This document shows, piece after piece, positions 21,952 to 32,462 of a DNA stretch of 64,000 bases. This stretch comes from Candidatus Helarchaeota archaeon. GTDB taxonomy: Archaea > Asgardarchaeota > Lokiarchaeia > Helarchaeales > RDOG01. The notes beneath the pieces are model-generated. The model did not search any database. It had not been told where the DNA came from and was given only the letters and a program-made list of their open reading frames with translations. A program made the position numbers and the translations under genes. How positions within the stretch are numbered: position 1 is the first letter of the stretch; each line of letters opens with the position of its first letter. The DNA is taken from assembly GCA_019058315.1 (NCBI GenBank), contig JAHPZH010000003.1, forward strand, positions 684,451 to 748,450, written 5' to 3'.

Positions 21952-22296
21952 TTAGTCTTCGTCATTAAGATCAGGGGGAGCTATTACTTCACCGACGCAA
22001 ACGCTGTTTTTATCAATAATCTTCAATTTTTTATTAATAGAAAATTGACAATCATGTCCATAACCAGATAATGGTCCACAATCTATAAAATAAGCTTTTT
22101 TCTTTTCAGTAATGGTTACTATAAAATCATTTACCAAATTTTCTAATCCAGAACTTAAATTTCCATAAACACCGAAATCTCCACTTTTCTTTAACGCCTC
22201 GTCCAAAATTTTTGCTATTCTATTTTTTTCATCTATATTCTTCTCTTTTTTGGAAATAAATCGTATCTTTGCTACAATATCGTCAAATTTAGACAT
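21952..22296 (-). CDS. Hypothetical protein
   Basis: 114-aa ORF with upstream GGGTGTGA. Confidence 0.6.
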   Translation of the reverse strand: MSKFDDIVAKIRFISKKEKNIDEKNRIAKILDEALKKSGDFGVYGNLSSGLENLVNDFIVTITEKKKAYFIDCGPLSGYGHDCQFSINKKLKIIDKNSVCVGEVIAPPDLNDED

Positions 22297-22499
22297 TTAT
22301 TTCACACCCTAATAACGGGATGATATTAATGAATTTATTAACATTTTTTCGCATATAATTATTCCCAACCATTCAAAATTACTAAAATAGTCAGTTTTTC
22401 TTTTCAAGTAAAAAAGAAAATTTATATTTTAGTGAACCGTTTACAATATGTGGAATAGAATTAATTAATAATGAGGAGAATACTATTAAAGAAATCGAA

Positions 22500-23090
22500 T
22501 TGGGAAATATTCTAGATGAAAAAAAGCTAGAAGAAGAAATTAATAAAATAAAGAAAAAGGGAAAGAGGTTATTCGATAAAGGAGATTATTTAGAGGCTCA
22601 AAAACTATTTAAAAATATGGAATCTAGTCTATTAAAAATAAATAGGAAAAATGAAGCATTATTTTTTTCTCGTAAATACGAGCAAATCAAAAATCTAACT
22701 GATCAGCGCAGAGAAACCTTAAAACTTTTAACACAAGCAAAATTTAAGAAAGATATTATTCAAGTGATAAATCTATATAATGAAATAATTGAAATTTCTA
22801 AAGAATTGAATGATATTGATGGTATAGAGATGTATAATGTAAAACTAAAAGAATATACTAAATCCTATAAAATTTCTATCCCTGAATTAGAATTGAAATT
22901 GATGGTTTTAGAAGAGCAAGCAGCAAAGTGTGAGAGTGAATATTTATATGGGGCAGCTTCCGATAATTACGAAAAATGTGAGAAAATATGTTTATTATTA
23001 AGACAATTAGGGGAAGAAGAAGAAGATAATTTAGAAAAATTTAGAAAAAAGAAAGAATCACTTCGAAATATAATTTCAAAACAAGAATAG
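22500..23090 (+). CDS. TPR-like helical protein
   Basis: 'GDYLEAQKLF' and 'YGAASDNYEKC' helical-pair motifs. Confidence 0.6.
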   Translation: MGNILDEKKLEEEINKIKKKGKRLFDKGDYLEAQKLFKNMESSLLKINRKNEALFFSRKYEQIKNLTDQRRETLKLLTQAKFKKDIIQVINLYNEIIEISKELNDIDGIEMYNVKLKEYTKSYKISIPELELKLMVLEEQAAKCESEYLYGAASDNYEKCEKICLLLRQLGEEEEDNLEKFRKKKESLRNIISKQE

Positions 23091-23251
23091 ATTTTCTTTT
23101 TTTATAAAATAGTTATTCTTCGCTTTATATGGTATAATCTCGGTGTTAAGATTTTTCTTTAAAGATTAATAAGTTTCTTTATAATATATATAAGGAGCGA
23201 TTTTAAGGAATTTAGAAATTAAAATATTAAATTATAATAAAGGTTAGGATA

Positions 23252-26200
23252 ATGCGAAGACATAAAATTTTAGGATTTTTAATATATTTATTTACAATCT
23301 TAATTATTATCCCCTCAAATTATTCCTTTTCAACCAATGAAACTCTTCCTTGGAATTTATTAATAACAAATGAAAATCGTTCTCCTTCAGTCTACGATCC
23401 AATACTATTATCTCCCTCCTACAGTCCATGGTCCAATGCAACGATAATTTCAGATGATTTCATTGGATGGAATAATGATTCAAGTCAGTTTGCGGATATT
23501 GCCACAGATATATATGGAAATGTGCATGTTGTTTGGGAGGATCAAACTATTGGTGAATGGGGAACTGATCATGAAATAATGTATGCAAATTATACAGGTT
23601 CGAGTTGGTCCAATTCCACAGTTATTTCAGACGATTTTACAGGGTGGAATACCGGTGATAGTCACAGACCAAGCATTGCTACAGATAGTAATGGAGATGT
23701 TCATGTTGTCTGGAATGATAACACTAATGGTCCATGGTATGATAGCGTAGGAGATTGGGAAATTATGTATGTAAATTATACATCATCGGGCTGGTCCAAT
23801 GCCACGGTGATTTCTGATGATTTCACAGGATGGAATGATCAGGGTAGTTATTGGCCTGACATCGCAGTGGATAAAAATGACAATTTGCATGTTGTTTGGG
23901 AGGATTGGACGGATGGTGAATGGGGAACGGATCGTGAAATAATGTATGTAAATTATACATCATCGGGTTGGTCCAATGCCACCGTGATTTCAGACGATTT
24001 TACTGGATGGAATAATGATACTAGTAATTACGCTAACATCGCCATAGATATATATGGAAATTTGCATGTGGTCTGGGAGGATTTTACAGTTGGTGAATGG
24101 GGATCTGATCATGAAGTAATGTATGTAAATTATACATCATCGGGTTGGTCCAATGCCACCGTTATTTCAGATGATTTTACAGGGTGGAATACCGGTGATA
24201 GTCACAGACCAAGCGTTGCAACAGATAATAATGGAGATGTGCACGTAGTCTGGAATGATGGCACAGATGGTACGTGGGGAACTGATTGGGAAATTATGTA
24301 TTCAAACAATTCTGCTGGAGGTTGGTCTAAGGCAACTGTGATTTCGGATGATAGTACCAATTGGAATTATGATGGTAGCTATCAACCTGAGATTGCTATA
24401 GATAAAAATGGAGATTATCATGTTGTCTGGAATGATTGGACGCCTGGTGAATGGGGAACAGATCATGAAATAATGTATGTAAAACATGTTGGTACAGGTT
24501 GGACTAACGCAACAGTGATCTCGGACGACGGTACTGGATGGAATAATGGTGATAGTTCTATCGCTCAGATTGCAACGGATAATAATAGCTATATTCACGT
24601 AGTCTGGCATGATGACACGGATGGTGAATGGGGAACTGATTATGAAATTATGTACTCACGGTATCTTTGGGAAAATAACCCTCCAACTTCAAATCACCCA
24701 AATAATATTACGACTCCGATAAGCGACACAGATAAGATTGGATGGATATTATATGATGATTATGATGAAGGTTATTATCGAGTCTGGGCAAATGATACAA
24801 ATGGAAATTATTACATACGGGAAGATTGGCAACCTTGGACCAATAATACGCTTTTGAATGTTACTATTAACCGCACTGCGTTAGGAATTTATAATTATAC
24901 AATAGAATATAATGATAGTGCAGGGATTTTTGGCAATCCCGACACTGTTATAGTTTACGTGGTTGGTAACAACGGTTCAAAACAATTTTTAAGCTCTGGA
25001 ATTAATTACATCTTTCAATATGATAATGAGAGCTTTTTATGGGTGAATTTAACGATTTTTGTATCATATGAAACTAATTTAACAATAACAACATATTTAA
25101 AAAAGCCTATAACCTTTGAAGATTTATCAGAGGGGTTTCTCTTTTTTGATTTAACATTAGAGGATCCAAACGCAATAGCTAATGTGATTATACGATTTCA
25201 TTATAATGAATCACTTCTTAATGGTATTGAGGAACAAAAAATTGTTCTATATATTTTTAATGAGGGAGCCGGGAAATGGGAAATACTCGATAATGCGACG
25301 TCTAATTATAATGATAACTATTTTCAAGTTAATTTAGCTCATCTGTCAAAATTTGCAATGGCACCTAAATCACAAAAAGAAATACCAATTATATTTCTTC
25401 CTCCTTCAGGTGGGGATAATTTGCTATTATATATCATTATCGGAGGAATAGCAATAACAACTATCGCTATTATTGTTGCTGTAAAAAAACGGAAGGAGGA
25501 ACTGGAACCTATTAAAAAAATGAAATTTAAGAAGGAAGAATTAAAAATTAAAAGAGCCTACGACTATTTAGGAGGGGATATTAGATATAAAGTAGTCGTA
25601 GAAAACATCTCCAAGGAAAACATTAGGGATATTTCAGTAGAATTAGATGTTAGCAAGGGATTTGAACAAACAAAACCAATAAATAAAATAAAGAAACTTG
25701 AGCCAGGAGAAAGCATTGGCTCTGATTTTACTCTCACTCCAATGACTTGTGGCAAGACAAGGATTCATGGAAAAGTTTCTTACATTAATGGAAAAGGTAA
25801 ACCGGTAACAACGGAGGTTTCCCCTTCTATAGTCCAAATTAAATGTCCCTTGGTGCAACCCAAAACAATTTCTTTATCAGAACTCATGAAATTGATGGGT
25901 AAGTTACAAAGCAGTCATACAGAAATTGAATATTCTAGACTTAGTAAGGCATTGGCATATCAAATTGCAAAGGAACAGGTTTCTTCGCTGGATGTTTTGG
26001 AAGTAGAAGAGAATGAGGATATTTTCCATGTAATTTATAGTGGTGAGGCTAAAGTCGGTGGAGACTTGATCATCATTGATTTAATTGTGAAAGATAAAAT
26101 AATTATCAATGTATACTTAAAAGATATTAAACAGGCTACGGGGTTTTTAGCTAACATTAAAAATTTGATAAATCTAGCAATAAAATATTCTTCAAGGATT

Positions 26201-27010
26201 TCAACTACTTTGGGTGTCATAACTTCCAAGATTTATAATTTATTTGAATTTGCTGGTCGACTCTCAGACCTAAATAACTTGTGCATCGAAAAAGCTCCAG
26301 TTGATGATATTCTTCTAGTGCTAAAAGAATTAAATATCAAGTCGAATTCTTATTTCTCAGGTTTAAAGATTGCCCAAACCCTTCAAGAAAATTTCAAGAA
26401 TTGGATAAATAATCTAGATCAAATCAAGGATGAAGAAATCTGGGACAGAACGTATCTAAACATGAGATACGATATTATCAACTTGATAGATGCAATCATC
26501 TTACTCTCAGAATCAAATTCAAAGAATTATTATGAAGCACCAGATTCTGAAGAAACTATAAAGAAAAACATCGAAATAGGAAATAAACAGTTAATAGATG
26601 AATATAAGAAAATTTTGGAGCAATATTCCAAAAATATCATATTCGCTTTGATGGTAATTGAGAAGAATGGAGGACTCAATTTGTACACGTATGATTTCAA
26701 GGAGGAAAAACTGGCATCGGATTTAATTGGTGGATTTTTAACTGCGATAAGAAGTTTTGGAACCGAAATATCAAAAGAAGAAACTATCATGAAAAAACTT
26801 TCGTATGAGCACTTTCAAATCGAGCTTTTAGAAGGACAACATATAATAGCTGCACTCTTTACTTCTGGAATTTCCGATCAACTAACTAAGGAACGGCTGA
26901 ATAAATTTTTAATCAAATTTGAAAAACAATTCAAAAACGAATTAGAAACATTCATGGGAGATATTTCACGATTCGAAAGGGCTAAAGATCTTATAAATCA
27001 AATTTTCTAA
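23252..27010 (+). CDS. Single-pass receptor-like protein: 7-blade extracellular propeller, Ig-like domains, TM, cytoplasmic appendage/platform-like and longin-like domains
   Basis: Signal peptide; seven ~60-aa WSNATVISDD..HVVW.D..GEWGTD.EIMY repeats; TM LLLYIIIGGIAITTIAIIVAV-KKRK; C-terminal 'LMVIEKNGGLNLY...DLIGGFLTAIRSFG'. Confidence 0.8.
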   Translation: MRRHKILGFLIYLFTILIIIPSNYSFSTNETLPWNLLITNENRSPSVYDPILLSPSYSPWSNATIISDDFIGWNNDSSQFADIATDIYGNVHVVWEDQTIGEWGTDHEIMYANYTGSSWSNSTVISDDFTGWNTGDSHRPSIATDSNGDVHVVWNDNTNGPWYDSVGDWEIMYVNYTSSGWSNATVISDDFTGWNDQGSYWPDIAVDKNDNLHVVWEDWTDGEWGTDREIMYVNYTSSGWSNATVISDDFTGWNNDTSNYANIAIDIYGNLHVVWEDFTVGEWGSDHEVMYVNYTSSGWSNATVISDDFTGWNTGDSHRPSVATDNNGDVHVVWNDGTDGTWGTDWEIMYSNNSAGGWSKATVISDDSTNWNYDGSYQPEIAIDKNGDYHVVWNDWTPGEWGTDHEIMYVKHVGTGWTNATVISDDGTGWNNGDSSIAQIATDNNSYIHVVWHDDTDGEWGTDYEIMYSRYLWENNPPTSNHPNNITTPISDTDKIGWILYDDYDEGYYRVWANDTNGNYYIREDWQPWTNNTLLNVTINRTALGIYNYTIEYNDSAGIFGNPDTVIVYVVGNNGSKQFLSSGINYIFQYDNESFLWVNLTIFVSYETNLTITTYLKKPITFEDLSEGFLFFDLTLEDPNAIANVIIRFHYNESLLNGIEEQKIVLYIFNEGAGKWEILDNATSNYNDNYFQVNLAHLSKFAMAPKSQKEIPIIFLPPSGGDNLLLYIIIGGIAITTIAIIVAVKKRKEELEPIKKMKFKKEELKIKRAYDYLGGDIRYKVVVENISKENIRDISVELDVSKGFEQTKPINKIKKLEPGESIGSDFTLTPMTCGKTRIHGKVSYINGKGKPVTTEVSPSIVQIKCPLVQPKTISLSELMKLMGKLQSSHTEIEYSRLSKALAYQIAKEQVSSLDVLEVEENEDIFHVIYSGEAKVGGDLIIIDLIVKDKIIINVYLKDIKQATGFLANIKNLINLAIKYSSRISTTLGVITSKIYNLFEFAGRLSDLNNLCIEKAPVDDILLVLKELNIKSNSYFSGLKIAQTLQENFKNWINNLDQIKDEEIWDRTYLNMRYDIINLIDAIILLSESNSKNYYEAPDSEETIKKNIEIGNKQLIDEYKKILEQYSKNIIFALMVIEKNGGLNLYTYDFKEEKLASDLIGGFLTAIRSFGTEISKEETIMKKLSYEHFQIELLEGQHIIAALFTSGISDQLTKERLNKFLIKFEKQFKNELETFMGDISRFERAKDLINQIF

Positions 27011-27179
27011 ACCTAGTTAAAATTTTAAACAAAAGCAAATAGAGAACATAGAAATAATTTTTTAAAATTTTTTGAAGTCTTGATTGAGTTAAAGAAAAAT
27101 ATGTTGAGCTAAACCATATTTATTTGATATTTTTGTTAAAATTAATAAATCATTATATCATCTTCTAGTTGGTGCATAA

Positions 27180-28535
27180 ATGTTTGAGAAGAAATATGAT
27201 GCGATTATTATTGGTGCGGGTTTAGGAGGGTTAATGACTGCAGCAGGATTGGTTCAAGCAAAAAAGAGAGTCCTTGTTCTAGAAAAAGCAGCTTTTATTG
27301 GAGGAAAATATACAGAAATTGATTATAAGGGATATAAAGTCACTACCGGAGCTTGGACAAATATGGGTAGTAATAGCCATATAGACCGATTTTGTCAAAA
27401 AGTTGGTGCACAAGTTGATTATATTACTTTAAAACAAATACGAAAGGAACGTGGAACTCCGGGTTTACTTGGAAAAATTAGATATAAAAACGGAAAAGAA
27501 TTTCTACCCACTTCAACCTTAAATTCACCATTTTCTGAAAGTGAGATGCAAGAATTTTCAAAAATAATGATTGGTATGGTTTCTAAAGAACTTGAAGGAA
27601 TTGATAGGTCAAAAAATGTATCAGTTTTTGAATATGCAAAAAATTTTACAAATTCTGACAAGATTATCAAATTATTAGATTCATTAATAGGAATTGCAAG
27701 CGGATTAAATTCAAAAACAATCCCTGCAAGTGAATATAAAATAATTTTAGATGATGGTTTTGGGATAGCATCTGGTAGCTTTGGATTTCCAATTGGTGGT
27801 ATTAAATCCATTATAGATGCTCTAGAGAAAGTTATTATCAATAAAGGCGGTGAAATTAGGACTAAAAGTGCAGTTGAAAAAATACTAATTGATAGTAATT
27901 CGGCTACAGGAGTGCAATTGTCAGATGGTAAATCAATTTATTCAGACTTAGTTGTTAGTAATGCGGGACCAAGAAATCTTCTAAAAATATGTGGGCGAAA
28001 TAAATTTCCATCCAGTTTTCTTAAACAAGTTGATTCATTAATTCCAATAGAGGCGCTAGCCATTATATGTGGTTTAAATGAGCCGCTCAGTGAAGATGTG
28101 CCTATGATTATCACTCCGGACTGCCAGAGAATAGCTGGAATTTTTCAACCTACCTTTTTCGACCCGAGTGTTGCACCTCCTGGAAAAACTATGATTGATA
28201 TATTTGCTCCTCTTAAAACAAAAGATATCAAAAAAGAAATAGATCTCACCGTAAAAGATTTAGAAGATTTATATCCCGGCATTCTTGATCCTTCTAATTT
28301 GGATTTTCAGCTAAATATGGTATTTGCTGGCGACTTTCCAGCTGCAGAGGGTGCACAAACGTTCCGCCAGACGGGTAATGATAGAATTGACCCGAGATTA
28401 CCAGTAAATAATTTATTTATGGTAGGAGCCGAAGCTATAGGAAGTGGTGTTGCTGCGGATCTCATACCTATAGGAGTTAACAAAGCATTAGAGTATATAT
28501 TAGGAACTGAAAAATGGCTTAAGGTTACTACTTAA
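27180..28535 (+). CDS. Phytoene dehydrogenase-like FAD-dependent oxidoreductase
   Basis: IIIGAGLGGL, LEK..FIGG, TTGA, FPIGG. Confidence 0.85.
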   Translation: MFEKKYDAIIIGAGLGGLMTAAGLVQAKKRVLVLEKAAFIGGKYTEIDYKGYKVTTGAWTNMGSNSHIDRFCQKVGAQVDYITLKQIRKERGTPGLLGKIRYKNGKEFLPTSTLNSPFSESEMQEFSKIMIGMVSKELEGIDRSKNVSVFEYAKNFTNSDKIIKLLDSLIGIASGLNSKTIPASEYKIILDDGFGIASGSFGFPIGGIKSIIDALEKVIINKGGEIRTKSAVEKILIDSNSATGVQLSDGKSIYSDLVVSNAGPRNLLKICGRNKFPSSFLKQVDSLIPIEALAIICGLNEPLSEDVPMIITPDCQRIAGIFQPTFFDPSVAPPGKTMIDIFAPLKTKDIKKEIDLTVKDLEDLYPGILDPSNLDFQLNMVFAGDFPAAEGAQTFRQTGNDRIDPRLPVNNLFMVGAEAIGSGVAADLIPIGVNKALEYILGTEKWLKVTT

Positions 28536-28637
28536 ATTTAATTTTGTAATTAAATTGATATACTTAAGATATTTTTCAAAAGTTGAATTAAGGTATAATC
28601 TATAACAAATTTATTAAAAAGACTTAGAGGATTTTCT

Positions 28638-29945
28638 TTGGCAGACTCGCAAGGAATAGAATTTTATGAAAAATTTACCTTTATGTTAAAAGATATGCAA
28701 ATGGCTTACCCTTTTGGAGTGGGTAAAGCAATATATTTATATTTTAGTAAATTACTTAAACAAATTCGGGATCCTAACAAAAAGAAAATATTATCAAACA
28801 TTGGTATTTGTCCGGAAATTTGTTATGCGATGGATTTAGTCCCGATTCAGCAAGAACTTACCAGTACTTTATGTGCAGCACTTGGAACATCAGTTGAATA
28901 TTTAGATTCTGCAATTGAGGCAGGAATGCCGCAAGGTTATCTTTGTAATTTCCAAAAAGTCTGGATTGGTGCAATGATATTGAAAAAGCTTCCCATACCA
29001 GATCTATTAGTATATGCTCCAGAACCTTGTGATTCAATGCATGAAAATTATCAATTCATTCAAAATCGTTATAATATTCCTGCATTTGGTTTTGACATTC
29101 CATATTGGACACATGAAAAGAGTTCTCCTTATTATAGTGACCGGATTTCAGAGTATGTAGGAAATCAAGTGAAAAAGATGGTTTCCTTTTTAGAAAAACA
29201 TACAAATTCAAAATTAGAGCCTGAAAAACTAAAAGAAACAATGGAAAAGTCAAATGCTGCTCGTCTAAATATGCTCGAAATACTTGAGTACTGTAAAGCC
29301 GTTCCAAGTCCGATGCCAAGTTCTATATTAACTCCATTCCTTATTTTACTTTCCTGCCTACTTGGTACAGATGAAGCTATAAATCTAACAAAATCGGTAA
29401 GAGACGAAGTTTACTCCAGATTTAAAAATAAACAAGGACATATTGCTTTAACTTATAAGAAAAAGACGGAAAAACTTAGACTATTATGGTTATTAATTCC
29501 AATAGCCTGGGATCTGGGAATAAGTAACTGGATGGAACGAAAATATGGTTGTATTACTATAATGGATATACTTTCAATTTACTTAACAAAACCAATCGAC
29601 ACAACAAGTTTAGAGTCCATATATAGAGATTTAGGAAAAGCAGTGATAGATTATCCAATGGGTCGTCAATATCGTGGACCAATCGAATTTTTTTTGGATG
29701 ATATGCTAAGAATTTGCAAGGATTATAAAATAGACGCGGCGGTATTGGGAGGTCATAATTGTAAAAACGTGTTTGCAGTCCGTAAATTGATTTCGGAAAC
29801 TTTAGATAAAGAGATGGGAATTAAAACCCTTGAACTGGAAGCAGATTCACTAGATCCCCGAGTAAAGCAAAAAAAAGATATAAAAAGAGCTTTAAGTCAA
29901 TTTTTAGATCGAATTACTAAAGAAAAATATGGGATAGAAAAATAA
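28638..29945 (+). CDS. 2-hydroxyacyl-CoA dehydratase / benzoyl-CoA reductase subunit (HgdB/FldB family)
   Basis: CPEICYAMD, YLC, PCD, FDIP, HNCK, LELEADSLDPR. Confidence 0.85.
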   Translation: MADSQGIEFYEKFTFMLKDMQMAYPFGVGKAIYLYFSKLLKQIRDPNKKKILSNIGICPEICYAMDLVPIQQELTSTLCAALGTSVEYLDSAIEAGMPQGYLCNFQKVWIGAMILKKLPIPDLLVYAPEPCDSMHENYQFIQNRYNIPAFGFDIPYWTHEKSSPYYSDRISEYVGNQVKKMVSFLEKHTNSKLEPEKLKETMEKSNAARLNMLEILEYCKAVPSPMPSSILTPFLILLSCLLGTDEAINLTKSVRDEVYSRFKNKQGHIALTYKKKTEKLRLLWLLIPIAWDLGISNWMERKYGCITIMDILSIYLTKPIDTTSLESIYRDLGKAVIDYPMGRQYRGPIEFFLDDMLRICKDYKIDAAVLGGHNCKNVFAVRKLISETLDKEMGIKTLELEADSLDPRVKQKKDIKRALSQFLDRITKEKYGIEK

Positions 29946-29974
29946 ATTTAAAGATTTTATTATTCAATTATGAG

Positions 29975-30715
29975 GTGAATTTTATGGAAAGGTTAAAAGC
30001 AATACCCATTTCTGCTCCTTTATATGAATTTAAGAAAAATGAGACATTTTTTTACCCTGATTCAAAATTTTTAATGGTTACGTTTAGTGTTGATAGAGAA
30101 GATATTAAAGAATTGGTTCCACCTCCGTTAATTGTCGGTAAATCACCAATGGTTATATGTTATGTAGCATATTTTAAAGATTCATTTGTGGGAAATTATC
30201 ACGAGGCAGCAACTTTTATTGAAGCACGATTAAAAACGAAAACAACTAAGGATATGGGTTGGTACTGTAATAGTATGTTTGTTGATAATGATGCAGCAAT
30301 GGCAGCAGGACGTGAAATTTACGGTTTTCCAAAAAAAATTGCAGAATTCAAGCTATTTACTGAAAAGGGAAAACAAATTGGCATTGTAAAAAGAAATGGG
30401 ATTGAAATAATGAAAATAGTAGTTGAACTTACAAATGAAGTAAATGAAATTCCTGGAGGACAAGTCATTAGAGCTTTAACTTTAAAACACATTACTAATC
30501 CAGAGAATAATGGAATTGAACTTTCCGAATTTGTAGCAACTGATTTAAAAGTGATTCCTAAAACAATTAAAAATGGGAGTACATCAGTTGAATTTAAAGA
30601 ATCAAAAAGAGATTTAATATATTTGCTTAAACCAAAAACGGATCCCTTGGGTTTTTATATAATTTCAAACGAAATGTATTTACCTCCCGGAAAAATAATA
30701 CATAAAATGGTTTAA
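29975..30715 (+). CDS. Acetoacetate decarboxylase family protein
   Basis: YHEAA and AAGREIYGFPKK motifs. Confidence 0.88.
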   Translation: MNFMERLKAIPISAPLYEFKKNETFFYPDSKFLMVTFSVDREDIKELVPPPLIVGKSPMVICYVAYFKDSFVGNYHEAATFIEARLKTKTTKDMGWYCNSMFVDNDAAMAAGREIYGFPKKIAEFKLFTEKGKQIGIVKRNGIEIMKIVVELTNEVNEIPGGQVIRALTLKHITNPENNGIELSEFVATDLKVIPKTIKNGSTSVEFKESKRDLIYLLKPKTDPLGFYIISNEMYLPPGKIIHKMV

Positions 30716-30891
30716 TTATACACGATTCTTTTATAAATATTTAGGAATTATCACAGTTAAGTTAATTACGTATCAAATTTTTAAATTATTATCATAAAGA
30801 ATATTTCATTGTAATAATTCATTTCATAAAAACAAAGTATCTTGTTTGATACTGGTTCTTTTTATATTTGGACTATTCACGATAGAGGTTT

Positions 30892-31074
30892 ATGAAATTG
30901 ATTCAAATTGATGATAAGAAATGTTGTGGTTGTAGTTATTGTGTATTAACTTGTCCTAAAGAGGCAATAACTTCCTATTATGGTGCTGAAGTTAATGAAA
31001 AGTGTACTAGCTGTGGGATTTGTGTACATAATTGTCCAAATTATGCCATTATAATTATACAAGGTGAAAAATAA
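30892..31074 (+). CDS. 2[4Fe-4S] ferredoxin
   Basis: CCGCSYCVLTCP and CTSCGICVHNCP. Confidence 0.9.
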   Translation: MKLIQIDDKKCCGCSYCVLTCPKEAITSYYGAEVNEKCTSCGICVHNCPNYAIIIIQGEK

Positions 31075-32439
31075 ATGTCTGAACAAGATTATGATACCAT
31101 CATTATAGGTGCTGGAATTGGGGGTTTAATGACAGCTGCTGGGTTATTACATGCTGGAAAAAGAAAAATTCTGGTTTTAGAAAAAGGAACGTTTATAGGA
31201 GGCAAGTATACAGAAATTAATCATAAGGGATACAAGGTAACTACGGGATCTTGGACTAGTATAGGTAAAAGTTCACATATCGGTCGTTTTTGCGAAGAAG
31301 TTGGAGCAAATGTTGAATATATAACTCTAAGACAAATGAAGAAAAAAGGTATTGGTTCTGGGTTATTTAGCAAGGTCAGATATACTGATGGAACTGAATA
31401 TTCACCAACATCAACTGAAACGACTCATTTTTCAGAAAAAGAGGGGGAAGAAATGACTACATTGTTGATGGGATTAGCTGCCAAAGAACTTAAAGGGATT
31501 GATAGGTCTAAGAATGTTTCCGTAAGACAATATGGAGAGAATTTTACAAAATCAGAAGGTATAATGGGACTTCTGGATTCTTTAATAGGCACAGCTGCTT
31601 GTTTAAATGTTGATACTATGCCAACAAGTGAGTTCCGGATCATTATGGAAGACGGTTTTAGATTAGCTGCTGCAAGGTTTGGTTTCCCAGTAGGAGGCGT
31701 TCGAGGTATTATTGATGCTTTGGAAAAAGTAATTAGAGAAAAAGGGGGAGAAATCCAAACCAAATGCAATGTTGAGAAAATAAACATTGATAATAATCGT
31801 GCAACTGGAGTCGAGTTATCTGATGGTAAAACAATTAATTCAAAAATCGTAGTTCACAACGCTGGACCAAGGAGACTTTTGGAACTTGGCGGAAGAAAAA
31901 ATTTCCCTAATGAATTAGTCAAAAAAATTGATAATCTAATCCCCGTCGAAGCCGCTGCAATTATATTGGGATTAAATAAGCCTATTTCTAAAGATATTCC
32001 ACTGATTTTAACCCCAGATTGCGAACGAATTGTTGGAATTTTCGAACCAACATTCTTTGGTGACGAGGCAGGTGTAGCTCCACCTGGAAAAACTATGATT
32101 GACTTATTCTGTCCAATTAAAACTCAAAATATTAAAAAAGAAGTTGACTTGGCGATCGAAGATATACAAAATTTATATCCAGGAATTTTAGACAAATCAA
32201 ACTTAGATTTTCAACAGAATATGATATTTTATAAGAACACTCCTGCGGCGGAATCAGGACAGACCTTCAATCAAACGGGGGATGATCGAATTGATCCAAA
32301 GACTCCAGTAAATAATTTATATTTTGTTGGCTTTGACGCGCATGGCTCAGGTGTAGCCGGAGATTTAATCCCAATAGGTGTTAGAAAGGCTTTGGATTAT
32401 ATTCTAAAAACAGAAAAATGGTTGAAAGTGGCTATATAG
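31075..32439 (+). CDS. Phytoene dehydrogenase-like FAD-dependent oxidoreductase (paralogue of 27180-28535)
   Basis: IIIGAGIGGL; long stretches shared with the upstream paralogue. Confidence 0.85.
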   Translation: MSEQDYDTIIIGAGIGGLMTAAGLLHAGKRKILVLEKGTFIGGKYTEINHKGYKVTTGSWTSIGKSSHIGRFCEEVGANVEYITLRQMKKKGIGSGLFSKVRYTDGTEYSPTSTETTHFSEKEGEEMTTLLMGLAAKELKGIDRSKNVSVRQYGENFTKSEGIMGLLDSLIGTAACLNVDTMPTSEFRIIMEDGFRLAAARFGFPVGGVRGIIDALEKVIREKGGEIQTKCNVEKINIDNNRATGVELSDGKTINSKIVVHNAGPRRLLELGGRKNFPNELVKKIDNLIPVEAAAIILGLNKPISKDIPLILTPDCERIVGIFEPTFFGDEAGVAPPGKTMIDLFCPIKTQNIKKEVDLAIEDIQNLYPGILDKSNLDFQQNMIFYKNTPAAESGQTFNQTGDDRIDPKTPVNNLYFVGFDAHGSGVAGDLIPIGVRKALDYILKTEKWLKVAI

Positions 32440-32462
32440 AAAAAGAAAAATTTATGTAAGTC

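Noticed and set aside
23430-24660. ~180-bp DNA repeats as a non-coding array (also 33480-34700)
   Set aside because: They are in-frame propeller blades of long ORFs
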